64,000 nucleotides of DNA from Candidatus Woesearchaeota archaeon (GTDB taxonomy: Archaea; Nanobdellota; Nanobdellia; SCGC-AAA011-G17; JACPIM01), in contig CAZELK010000003.1 in assembly GCA_964513145.1 (NCBI GenBank), positions 1-64,000 of the forward strand, given 5' to 3'. The number at the start of each line of letters is the position of its first letter. Within the stretch, counting starts at the first letter, position 1. Positions 48,611 through 57,344 of this stretch are shown here, one piece after another. Made by a program: the position numbers and the translations under genes. The notes below the pieces were generated by a model that was not told the DNA's origin, searched no databases, and worked only from the letters and a program-made list of their open reading frames with translations.

Positions 48611-49306
48611 ATGTTAAATTTAACAGAATTAAGGCAAAATGAGAATGTACGTAGGATTTTAGGGAATGTTGAAATAGCTACAGTTATAAAAAAAATTAAT
48701 GGCAGAAAATTAAAACAAGTTGAAAGAAATTATTTGTCCAGATCAATTAGACCTAAATTAATTGGTGCTAAATTATTAACACAACAGAATATTTTAGATT
48801 TAATAAAGAAGACTAATAAAATAAAGAAAAGCAATATAATCTTTAATTTAAGTAAATTTGGATATGATCTTATTTCGAATTATAATTTTTCTTATAAAGA
48901 AAATTTAAAATTGGAAGATCTGATCACGATCATTATTGCAGATTGTCCGGAATCTAGATATATTGAAAGCATCCCAATATTACTTTTAAAAAATAAGATA
49001 AACCCATTGTTATTATTAGAATTAGCCTTAAAATACAATATTAAAAACCAAATAGGGTATTTGTTAGAAACAAGTTTTATTATAGCTAAAAAATTTAGAA
49101 TTTCTAAAAAGATAGATTATCTTAATGATTTATTGGAATATCTTGGATTATACAAACAAAATGAACTTATAATACTTGGTTATGATGCTGATAATCTATA
49201 TAAAGAGTTTTTAAGAAAAACAAGTCCAATCAGAATAAAGAAATGGAATTTATTAGGGAGATATTTTGATGAAGATTTTGTTCATAATGCGGGAGTTTAT
49301 TTATGA
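48611..49306 (+). CDS. Putative antitoxin/regulator (AbiEi-like) paired with a nucleotidyltransferase
   Basis: ERNYLSRSI N-terminus, RYIESIPILL, KKWNL; overlaps the next gene (ATGA). Confidence 0.5.
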   Translation: MLNLTELRQNENVRRILGNVEIATVIKKINGRKLKQVERNYLSRSIRPKLIGAKLLTQQNILDLIKKTNKIKKSNIIFNLSKFGYDLISNYNFSYKENLKLEDLITIIIADCPESRYIESIPILLLKNKINPLLLLELALKYNIKNQIGYLLETSFIIAKKFRISKKIDYLNDLLEYLGLYKQNELIILGYDADNLYKEFLRKTSPIRIKKWNLLGRYFDEDFVHNAGVYL

Positions 49307-49818
49307 TTAAAAAAAATGATTTATTAAACTGGTTAAAGGAAATAGACCCCAAATTAGAAAACAAAATAGTTTTAACAGCTGTTGGCGGAACTGCAATGAC
49401 ACTTTTAGACTTAAAAGAATCAACTATTGATATTGATTTTGACATAAATAAAAATAATTATGATGAATTTAAAAAATTAGTTTTACGATCTAAAATATTT
49501 CGTGTTGATATTTTTCAAAATGGATATATATTTTCTGAACAACTCCCTGAAGATTATGTTGATATTGCTTTTGAATATAATTCTATTAAATTTAAAAATA
49601 TAGTCCTTAAAATATTAAACCCAATTGATATTATTTTAACTAAATCTGCAAGATATAATTCCAGAGATGAGGAAGATATAGCAACATTAGTTAAGAAAAT
49701 TAAAATTGATAAATCCAAATTAAAAAAGAGATTTCACAAGGTATTAGAAAGTTATGCTGGACTTGAAACTAATTTTAAATATAATTTTGATTTTATTTTA
49801 AAGAAGCATTTTGACTAA
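49303..49818 (+). CDS. DUF6036-like nucleotidyltransferase (type IV toxin-like)
   Basis: AVGGTAM, STIDIDF, DIILTK..RYNSRDEEDI. Confidence 0.75.
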   Translation: MIKKNDLLNWLKEIDPKLENKIVLTAVGGTAMTLLDLKESTIDIDFDINKNNYDEFKKLVLRSKIFRVDIFQNGYIFSEQLPEDYVDIAFEYNSIKFKNIVLKILNPIDIILTKSARYNSRDEEDIATLVKKIKIDKSKLKKRFHKVLESYAGLETNFKYNFDFILKKHFD

Positions 49819-49822
49819 AAAA

Positions 49823-49975
49823 TTACTTTTTAAATTGCGGACCCTGAACACATAATACGCACATATCTTTTCTCTTGTTAAAGCATTTATCACAAACATA
49901 GGCCAAACAATTATTACAAACCACATTAGCCCACTCTTTACCACAAATGCTACAAAGAGCTTTAATGTCCCCCAT
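49823..49975 (-). CDS. Small multi-Cys zinc-finger protein (missed by ORF track)
   Basis: Own translation, 50 aa: MGDIKALCSICGKEWANVVCNNCLAYVCDKCFNKRKDMCVLCVQGPQFKK; four CxxC. Confidence 0.75.
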   Translation of the reverse strand: MGDIKALCSICGKEWANVVCNNCLAYVCDKCFNKRKDMCVLCVQGPQFKK

Positions 49976-50026
49976 AATCTTTTTAAGATAATAATCTATT
50001 TAAATATATTTAGGTTTGATTATTTT

Positions 50027-50209
50027 ATGGTTTTAAAAGAAAGAAAACTAGAACAAGCCTTAAAATTGTATTCTGAAGGAAAGGTAACTTTATGGAAAGC
50101 AGCGAGACTTACTAACATTTCTTTATGGGAAATTATGGAAATAATTAAAGAAAAAAATATTAAAATACAATATGGAGAAAAAGAATTAAAAGAAGATCTT
50201 AAATTTTAA
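50027..50209 (+). CDS. UPF0175-family protein (short)
   Basis: ALKLYSEGKVTLWKAARLTNISLWE...YGEKELKED. Confidence 0.75.
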   Translation: MVLKERKLEQALKLYSEGKVTLWKAARLTNISLWEIMEIIKEKNIKIQYGEKELKEDLKF

Positions 50210-50657
50210 ATCCCAATAAACTATTATTTAGGAACTTTTCAGCTTCTTTAATAATGTCTTTTGCACTTTTAAAACCCAATAATTTTAAAGCTTCTTTATA
50301 ATCCACCCACTTGAAATCCATGTGTTCGAATGATATTTTGATTTCTTTTGAGCCTGACTTTAGTAAATAATATGCGACTTCTTTATCAATTAATTTACCA
50401 TCCTTTTTAAAAAAATATTTTATTGATTTTTTAAAACCTTTAATTAACTCTAAATTAACTAATCCAGTTTCTTCTTTTATTTCTCTTAACAAAGTTTGTT
50501 CTTCTGCTTCATTTAATTCGACATGGCCTTTTGGAAAATCCCAATATTTATGCTTACCTTCTTTATCGTTAATTCTTTCATATTCTAATAGGAGGTATTT
50601 TCTTTGATTATTTTCTTCTATAAAAATTAATCCACCAATAGATTTCTCCTTGACCAT
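50199..50657 (-). CDS. Nudix hydrolase (Ap4A hydrolase-like)
   Basis: WDFPKGHVE...REIKEETG Nudix box, YYL, SFEH. Confidence 0.9.
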   Translation of the reverse strand: MVKEKSIGGLIFIEENNQRKYLLLEYERINDKEGKHKYWDFPKGHVELNEAEEQTLLREIKEETGLVNLELIKGFKKSIKYFFKKDGKLIDKEVAYYLLKSGSKEIKISFEHMDFKWVDYKEALKLLGFKSAKDIIKEAEKFLNNSLLGFKI

Positions 50658-50716
50658 TATTATTTGATTTTTTCAAAATATAAAAATATTTATATTAAGC
50701 AGTTTAATCAAGATTC

Positions 50717-51322
50717 ATGTCTTTATTTATTATTTCAGGGTCTTCACAATCAGGAAAAACCACCCTAATTAATCTCCTTTTAAAGGAGAAAAATATTGTA
50801 AGAATTATAACAGCTACCTCTAGAAAGCCCAGACTAGGAGAAAAAGACAAAGTTGATTATTATTTCTTAAAAAAAAGTGACTTTAAAAACAAATCCAAAT
50901 TTATTGAAACTGCTATTGTGCACGGCAATTATTACGGAACTTTAAAAAAAGAGCTAGATGACAAATTAAAATCTGGAAAAAATGTAATCTGGATCATGGA
51001 TGTACAAGGAGTAAAATATGTTTTGGATAATTATAAAGAACTTCCAAAAAATATAGTTACTATTTTTTTAACTCCAATTAAATTGTCTATTCTTCTTAGC
51101 AGGATACAGTTGAAAAATGACATAAACATGGAAAAACGAATAACCAGCATTAAGGAAGAAGTAAAGCAACTTAATTTATTTAATTATATTATTGATACAT
51201 CAAAAAATGTTGAAAATAGCTTGAATGATCTTAAAACAATTATTAATAATGATAAAAATAATATTAAAAAGATTGTTAAATTTACTAAAAACTTTGATAT
51301 TAATTATTTTATAAACAATTAA
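50717..51322 (+). CDS. gmk: Guanylate kinase (bacterial type)
   Basis: ISGSSQSGKTT, TSRKPRLGEKDKVDYYF, VHGNYYGT, MDVQG. Confidence 0.88.
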   Translation: MSLFIISGSSQSGKTTLINLLLKEKNIVRIITATSRKPRLGEKDKVDYYFLKKSDFKNKSKFIETAIVHGNYYGTLKKELDDKLKSGKNVIWIMDVQGVKYVLDNYKELPKNIVTIFLTPIKLSILLSRIQLKNDINMEKRITSIKEEVKQLNLFNYIIDTSKNVENSLNDLKTIINNDKNNIKKIVKFTKNFDINYFINN

Positions 51323-51398
51323 TTCTTCTGAAGATCATTTATTAATCTAGTTTATTGATATTAATAAAGTTTTTAAATTTAAAAAACAATTCGAAATT

Positions 51399-51788
51399 AT
51401 GCAGAAAACTATATACAAGATCAAAAAAATAGAGGTTGCTGATTTTAAACCAAAAGAGTCTGTTTCTATGATTAAAATAACTTATACAAAAAACGACCAA
51501 ATACAGCAGATTGTCAAAGACTTTTCAACAACAAATAACCCAGTTGAACTTGTTAATAAGATAATGCTGGAAGTTAAAAGTAAGGATAAAGTAATAGTTG
51601 AGGAAAGCGACGATATTTTACAAAATATTTACATCACCAGAATTGAAAATGAAGAAGCAACAGAAGAAAAAATGCTAATGTTTTTTCAAAATTTATGCGC
51701 TAAATTCTCCAAAATAAAATCCTTGAAAAAAGCATCAGACTACATGAAATTATATGACGAAATTAAAATTACAAAATTAATTTTATGA
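51399..51788 (+). CDS. Hypothetical protein
   Basis: 129-aa ORF, no motif. Confidence 0.55.
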   Translation: MQKTIYKIKKIEVADFKPKESVSMIKITYTKNDQIQQIVKDFSTTNNPVELVNKIMLEVKSKDKVIVEESDDILQNIYITRIENEEATEEKMLMFFQNLCAKFSKIKSLKKASDYMKLYDEIKITKLIL

Positions 51789-51890
51789 CAGCCGTATCCC
51801 AACAGTCCAGCTAGATAGTTTATTAAAAGGAAAAACTCTTGAAGAATGGAAGAAATAAATTTATAATTACTCTTTTCTTTGTTTATACTT

Positions 51891-52856
51891 ATGATTTGTT
51901 TAGGCATTGAGGGAACTAGTCATACATTTGGTTGTGGAATTGTGACTAGCAAGAAAAAGATTCTTTCTGATGTTAGAGATATGCATACGACTGAAGAAGG
52001 AGGAATTATACCAGTTATTGCAGCAGAACACCATAAAAAAATAGCTAAACAAGTAATTGAAAAAGCAATTTTGGAAGCGAGATATCCAAAAATAGATTTA
52101 ATTAGTTTTTCAAGAAGTCCGGGATTACCGCCGAGCCTGCATGAAACTAGAAAAATTGCATTGGAATTAGCAAAAGAAATGAATTTGCCAGTTATTGGCG
52201 TTAACCATGTTGCTTCGCATTTAAGTTCTGCTCATTTTCATACTAATGTTAAAGACCCAGTATATCTTTTTGTTTCTGGAGCAAATACACAATTATTAAT
52301 TTTAGAAAATAAGAAATTTCATATTATTGGAGAGTCTTTAGATATTGCAATAGGAAATGCTTTAGACAAATTTGCAAGAGAAATTGGCTTGGGTTTTCCA
52401 GGCGGACCAAAAATTGAGGAACTAGCAAAAAATGGTTCTTATGTTGGCTTGCCTTATTTAGTGAAAGGAATGGATTTGAGTTTTTCCGGCATAGTAACTT
52501 ATCTTACAAATTTGTATAAGAAAAATTTTAAAAAAGAAGATTTATGTTTTTCTTTTCAAGAAACTTGTTTTGCTATGCTAACAGAAGTAGCTGAAAGGGC
52601 TATGGCAAACTGCGATAAAAAAGAATTAGTTTTAATTGGGGGAGTAGCTGCAAATAAAAGATTAAAGGAAATGTTAAATATCATGTGCAATGAAAGAAAG
52701 TCGAAATTTTATTCTGTTCCATTGAAATATAGCGGGGATCATGGCGCAATGATTGCTTATCAAGGTATTTTGGAATATAATTCAACTAAGAAAGTAAATA
52801 CAGAAATAAATCCTTATGAAAGAGTTGATCAAATAACTGCTAACTGGAAATATTAG
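51891..52856 (+). CDS. kae1: tRNA N6-threonylcarbamoyladenosine biosynthesis protein Kae1
   Basis: LGIEGTSHT, SPGLPPSL, NHVASH, LFVSGANT, GNALDKFAR, GGVAAN, DHGAMIA; ATG 51891 preferred. Confidence 0.93.
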   Translation: MICLGIEGTSHTFGCGIVTSKKKILSDVRDMHTTEEGGIIPVIAAEHHKKIAKQVIEKAILEARYPKIDLISFSRSPGLPPSLHETRKIALELAKEMNLPVIGVNHVASHLSSAHFHTNVKDPVYLFVSGANTQLLILENKKFHIIGESLDIAIGNALDKFAREIGLGFPGGPKIEELAKNGSYVGLPYLVKGMDLSFSGIVTYLTNLYKKNFKKEDLCFSFQETCFAMLTEVAERAMANCDKKELVLIGGVAANKRLKEMLNIMCNERKSKFYSVPLKYSGDHGAMIAYQGILEYNSTKKVNTEINPYERVDQITANWKY

Positions 52857-52887
52857 AACCTTTTTAATTAAAAAGCTTTACCAAAAA
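52857..52887 (+). repeat. Repeat family B copy
   Basis: aacctttttaattaaaaagctttaccaaaaa between the convergent kae1 and sigma-like stops. Confidence 0.6.
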
Positions 52888-52893
52888 TTTACC

Positions 52894-53532
52894 CTAGCTT
52901 GCTTCTGCGAATTTTATTCTCAAATTTTTTAATTCCTTTTTAATTTTATTATGAATGGTTGCTGCTGAGATGTCTAATTCTTTAGCAACTTTCTTCATAC
53001 TTTTTTCTTCTTCAAAATACTTTTTAAATATATCTTTAGTTTGCGGTTCCTTGATGCTGTAATTTATACATTTTAATAATTCTTCTTTTTCTAGAATATC
53101 TACTTGCTTTTCTCTTTCTGATTCTACTATCTCTTCCAATTGAGACCAATTATTATTTGTAACATATCTATGTCTTTTTTCTTTTCTTAGCGAGTCAAGT
53201 ATTTTACTTTTTGCACATGAATAAACGTATGTTGAAAATCGGCTTTGATAATTATAATTTTCAATATTATTTATGGCTTTTAATAATCCCAGATTTCCTA
53301 TGCTTATCAAGTCTATAAAATTAATTTTACAACCTAGAAATTTATTCGCAACAGCACTAACAACCCAAAGATTATGATTTAGCAGTTTTTCTTTTATTTT
53401 TTCATCTTTTTTAGCTTTTTCTACCAATTCTTTTTCTTCTTCGTCATTTAGCCTGTGATATTTACTTATTTCATTAAAATAAATCTCAATTACATCAACA
53501 CCATTTTTTCTTTTATATTCCAATCTTTTCAT
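52894..53532 (-). CDS. Second sigma-70-like protein (regions 1.2, 2, 4; no region 3)
   Basis: IYFNEI, HNLWVVSAVA, DLISIGNLGLLKAI, RFSTY, HTH SMKKVAKELDISAATI. Confidence 0.8.
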   Translation of the reverse strand: MKRLEYKRKNGVDVIEIYFNEISKYHRLNDEEEKELVEKAKKDEKIKEKLLNHNLWVVSAVANKFLGCKINFIDLISIGNLGLLKAINNIENYNYQSRFSTYVYSCAKSKILDSLRKEKRHRYVTNNNWSQLEEIVESEREKQVDILEKEELLKCINYSIKEPQTKDIFKKYFEEEKSMKKVAKELDISAATIHNKIKKELKNLRIKFAEAS

Positions 53533-53620
53533 TATTAGAAATTTAATTTTTGTATTTTAATATATTTCTATCTAGAAAGAATTTTTTATTAATAATTTTA
53601 GAATTAAAAAAATAAAAAAA

Positions 53621-53643
53621 CATAGGTAATTGGCTTGTATTTT
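53621..53643. other. 23S pre-rRNA terminal/processing stem, 3' arm
   Basis: 22/23 inverted repeat of 57047-57069. Confidence 0.75.
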
Positions 53644-53932
53644 ATTTTTGGGCTATTAGTAACTGCAAGCTGAATACGTCGCCGAAGCTTCGTACTTACA
53701 CTTCAGTCCTATCAAACTCATGTTCTTTGAGCGCCCTATATCTCTTTTCAAGTATAGCTTCCTCCTTAGATGCTTTCAGGAGTTATCTATTAGAGCGTAG
53801 CTGCTCGGCCTGCCTTGTCAGACAACCGATACACCAGAGGCTCCGAATCATTGTTCCTCTCGTACTAAATGATCCTTACCTTCAGATATTAAGCACTTCC
53901 AGTAGATATAATCCAAACTGTCTCACAACGTT

Positions 53933-54016
53933 ATGTTAAACGGGAGGAATTGAACCTCGCTTCGGCAAATACATAGAGATGTTTTAATTTGCTTATGTAT
54001 TTGCTTACAACCGTTG
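53933..54016 (-). other. 23S BHB intron, about E. coli 2588/2589 (84 nt)
   Basis: GUUA-AG|C-AACGG...CCGUU-UAAC-AU|A; spliced GGGUUAAGAACGUUGUGAGAC. Confidence 0.88.
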
Positions 54017-54070
54017 CTTAACCCAGCTCACGAACCATTTTAATGGGTGAACACCCCCACCCTTGGCTGC

Positions 54071-54256
54071 CTACAGTTCGAAGGACAATTCGTGAAAATA
54101 GTTTTCCTTAAAGTCAAAATATTAGTGATTAATTTAATATAGTTCTAAATAGTTCTCAAATTAACATACTAATTTTTAGACTTCTAAGTAATAGATATCG
54201 GAAATAAAAGACATTTTGACTTGAAAAACTATTGTTCGTATGATTGTCCTTCGACA
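54071..54256 (-). other. 23S BHB intron, about E. coli 2534/2535 (186 nt)
   Basis: GCAG-AA|U-G UCGAAGGACAAU...AUUGUCCUUCGA A-CUGU-AG|G-CAGCC; spliced GGCUGUGCAGAAGCAGCC; long hairpin, no recognisable protein ORF. Confidence 0.85.
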
Positions 54257-54269
54257 TTCTGCACAGCCA

Positions 54270-54301
54270 CTATATTGATACAAGAATTAACTTTATATCA
54301 T
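54270..54301 (-). other. 23S BHB intron, about E. coli 2521/2522 (32 nt)
   Basis: AUAU-CC|A-UGAUA...UAUCA-AUAU-AG|U; spliced CCAUAUCCUGGCUG. Confidence 0.88.
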
Positions 54302-54373
54302 GGATATGGTGAGCCGACGTCGAAGTAGCAAACAGCGCCATCGATATGAGCTCTTAGGCGCTACGACTCAGTT

Positions 54374-54410
54374 CTAGGGATCTAAGAGAAAATTTTTGAT
54401 CTCTAAGATT
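54374..54410 (-). other. 23S BHB intron, about E. coli 2449/2450 (37 nt)
   Basis: GGGG-AU|A-AUCU...AGAU-CCCU-AG|A; spliced GGGGAUAACUGAG. Confidence 0.85.
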
Positions 54411-54914
54411 ATCCCCGAGATAGCTTTTCTGTCATACCTAGCCCCTATTAATAAGGACATAGGGGTTCGCTAGACCAGACTTTCGTCTCTGGATTTTTTA
54501 ATAGTCAAAATCCAGTCAGGCCAACTTTTGCTCTTGCACTCTTCAGAAGATTTCCAAACTTCTTGAGTTGACCTTAGGGCCCTGTTGATATCTTTTCAAC
54601 AGGGTGCCGCCCCAGCCAAACTGTCCAACTGCTGCTGTCCCAACTTTCGTTGGTAAGTAACATAAATTCTACAGAGTGGTATTTCAATTTTGTCTATCCT
54701 TAACCTAGCAGCTAAGGCATAGCGACTACCACCTATACTACACAGTAGAACATATATCACAACAACAGTCTACAGTAAAGTTCTACGGGGTCTTTTCTTC
54801 CCGCTGGAAGTCTCTGGCCTGCACACCAGAAGGGTATTTTCAGTGGATACTAACTAGGGACAGTGCGGATCTCGTTACGCCATTCATGCGCGTCGTCATT
54901 CAAACGACAAGGTA

Positions 54915-55053
54915 CAACGATATCATTAATCTCATTTCTCAGATTCAACTTTTCAGTTCAAAATGTGAAAGATATTTTTTGTTTAACAAACCCAAGGCAA
55001 TTCTCTTAGATGAATGGCTTTTTCATCAAAATCTATAGCGAGATTAATGATAA
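54915..55053 (-). other. 23S BHB intron, about E. coli 1938/1939 (139 nt)
   Basis: GCGA-AA|U-UAUCAUUAAUCUC...GAGAUUAAUGAUA-UCGU-UG|U-ACCU; spliced GUAGCGAAAUACCUUGUCG. Confidence 0.9.
54939..55029 (-). ncRNA. Candidate intron-encoded box C/D guide RNA
   Basis: UGAUGA (55023-55028), 13-nt spacer ending in GCCAUUCAU (antisense to 23S exon 54879-54887), CUAA (55006-55009), CUGA at 54953 and 54939. Confidence 0.45.
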
Positions 55054-55079
55054 TTTCGCTACCTTAAGAGAATTATAGT

Positions 55080-55111
55080 CTAGAATTGTTAAAGATTTTT
55101 CTTACAACAAA
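55080..55111 (-). other. 23S BHB intron, about E. coli 1912/1913 in the H69 loop (32 nt)
   Basis: GGAA-UA|U-UUGUU...AACAA-UUCU-AG|A; spliced GGGAAUAACUAUAAUUCUC. Confidence 0.88.
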
Positions 55112-55903
55112 TATTCCCGCCGTTTACAAGTCCTTAGCCTCCTTGAAAAGAGGTTTTAGATACTTGCACTGGGCAGACGTCACGTCTCATACACATCATT
55201 GCTGACTTGCGAGACGTTACGTTTTTGTTAAACAGTCGGACCCGCCTAGTCACTGCGCCCTGTAATTGCAGTTAGAAACTACAACCGCAGGGATTCCTTC
55301 TACCAAAGGTACGGAACTAAATTGCCGATTTCCCTTAGCTAGTTTACACCATCATACCTTAGGCTTCTCACCTAGAGTACCTGTGTTGGTTCTGGGTATA
55401 ATTATTCAAGATCCTTTTTAATTTCATTTTCACGGACTCCAGGCATCAACCAAATGGACCATAAGGTCCACTATTCTTAAAATTAATCAAGTTCTCACCA
55501 TTACGGTACTTCCTTGATTTGTTTTAATTAACATCCAAGACAATAGATGTTGGCTTAGCCCAAAATGTCTGAAACTAAACTTGTGTTACCACGCGTACTT
55601 GAATAGTAAAGGAATATTAACCTTTTTCCCATTCCCTAAGACCTATTAGGCCTTTGGTTAGGATTAACTTACTCTTAGCTGATTTGCATTGCTAAGAAAC
55701 CCTTACTCTTACGGTATCAGGGAGTCTTACCCTGTATTGCTCCTACTACTACCAGGATTCTCATTTTTATTAGGTCCACTATTTCTTTCGAAAAAGCTTC
55801 TACCCTAACAAAGCGCCTACCTACCACATAAGTTCTTTACTTAGTCTATAGTATCGGTAACTGATTTAGCCCCGTCCATCTTCAGGGCATATAACCTTGA
55901 CAG

Positions 55904-55946
<43 letters not shown>

Positions 55947-57132
55947 TACCTCCCTGCTGTCTCTGGTTATACACGCCTTTTACCCTTTAACACTTAATCA
56001 GTATTTAGGGACCTTAACTATAGTCTGGGTTGTTCCCCTCTCGCGATATAAGCTTAACCCACATCGCTTTTTCCTAAGGTCTCAGATGACAAAATATTCG
56101 GAGTTGGACGAAGAGGGGAGGAATTTCTTCCCCTTACCCCTAAATCCGTAGCTCTACAATTTTATCTATCTCACTTAAGACTAGACTGAGGCCTATTTCG
56201 GTAGGAACCAGCTATAACCAGTCTCGATTGGCTTTTCACCCCTAATCTAAGGTTATACAAACAGATTTACACTAGAACTGCTTCAGGCCTCCACAAGGTT
56301 TTACCCCTGCTTCACCTTACCCTAGAATAGATCGACTGGATTCGGGTAGCATCCAAGTGACTATAGGCACTTTCATACCTAACCCCTCCTTGAAAAGTGT
56401 GGGTTTTTGGTTTCCCTTCAAGTTCAAACTGAAAAGTTTTTACTTTCGCCACTTAAATGCACTCCCTGGCTCGTTATTCGAAACGCACGATACAACTCCG
56501 AAGAGCAGTATCATTCTGTATTCATTAGGTTTCAGGATCTTTTCACTCCATGTTAAAGGTTCTTTTCAACTTTCCTTCGCAGTACTCTTTGCTATCGGTC
56601 TCAAGTTATATTTAGAGTTGGAAGTTAATAGCTCCCACATTCACACCCCATATCCGAGGAGTGCTACTCTGGATACCTCGCAAGTCTATTAATCTGCTCT
56701 ACAGGACTATCACCTTCTATGATGTCTTTTTCCAAAGAACTTTGAGCAGAATTAATTAAGATCAAAAGCAAGGTCCAAACACTACATTTCTATTTTATTT
56801 CTAAAATAGATTCAGTTTGCTCTATGTCGTTTTTTCTCGCTGATACTCACGACATCTATTTGATTTCTTTTCCTCCAGGTACTAAGACGTTTCAATTCCC
56901 CAGGTTCCCAATCTTTTCAGATTTAATGAGAAGTCTCATTCAGAAATCTCCAGTTCACAAGTTGCATGCACTTCGCTGGAGCTTATCACAGCTTGCCATG
57001 TCCTTCTTCGGAACTTGAGCCAAGTCATCCACCTAATGAAGTAGGAAAAATACAGGCCAATTACCTATGCACGGAACTATATAAAAATAATTCCCTTGAC
57101 CCAAAAAAATTTCTTTTTCTGAGCTGCATTTT

Positions 57133-57161
57133 AAACTTTTTAAAAAAAGTTTAATCAAAAA
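57133..57161 (+). repeat. Repeat family B copy in the rRNA spacer
   Basis: aaactttttaaaaaaagtttaatcaaaaa, abutting a family A copy. Confidence 0.7.
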
Positions 57162-57188
57162 TAAGAACCGAGGTTCTTTTCAACTCCT
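57161..57188 (+). repeat. Dispersed palindromic repeat family A, copy 4
   Basis: ATAAGAACC-GA-GGTTCTTTT + caactcct. Confidence 0.7.
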
Positions 57189-57231
57189 AAAAGTTGATTA
57201 TATTTTTGAATATGAAATGGACCCGTCGGGA

Positions 57232-57263
57232 TGTTCATTACTTTTAATTTCTCAAAAGTTTAT
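57232..57263 (-). other. tRNA-Ala T-loop intron, 59/60 (32 nt)
   Basis: UCGGG-UUCA-AA|A-...-UGAA-CA|U-CCCGA; intron-side helix relaxed. Confidence 0.87.
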
Positions 57264-57303
57264 TTTGAACCCGAGGCCCCTGCCTTGCAAGGGCAGTGCT
57301 CTA

Positions 57304-57344
57304 TTGCCCCAAACTTTGTAAAAAGTTTTGATCAAATTATTTGA
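57304..57344 (-). other. tRNA-Ala D-loop intron, 19/20 (41 nt), containing a family B repeat
   Basis: GCUCA-GUCU-GG|U-CAAA...UUUG-GGGC-AA|U-AGAGC; + strand 57311-57336 reads aaactttgtaaaaagttttgatcaaa. Confidence 0.87.

Noticed and set aside
53533-53634. 5S rRNA downstream of 23S
   Set aside because: Region is AT-rich processing-stem sequence; no 5S found in the window, so it is presumably unlinked
54071-54256. 186-nt intron as an H/ACA guide or homing-endonuclease gene
   Set aside because: No ACA box after the hairpin, no K-turn seen, internal-loop strands do not match a contiguous target, and it is too short for an endonuclease
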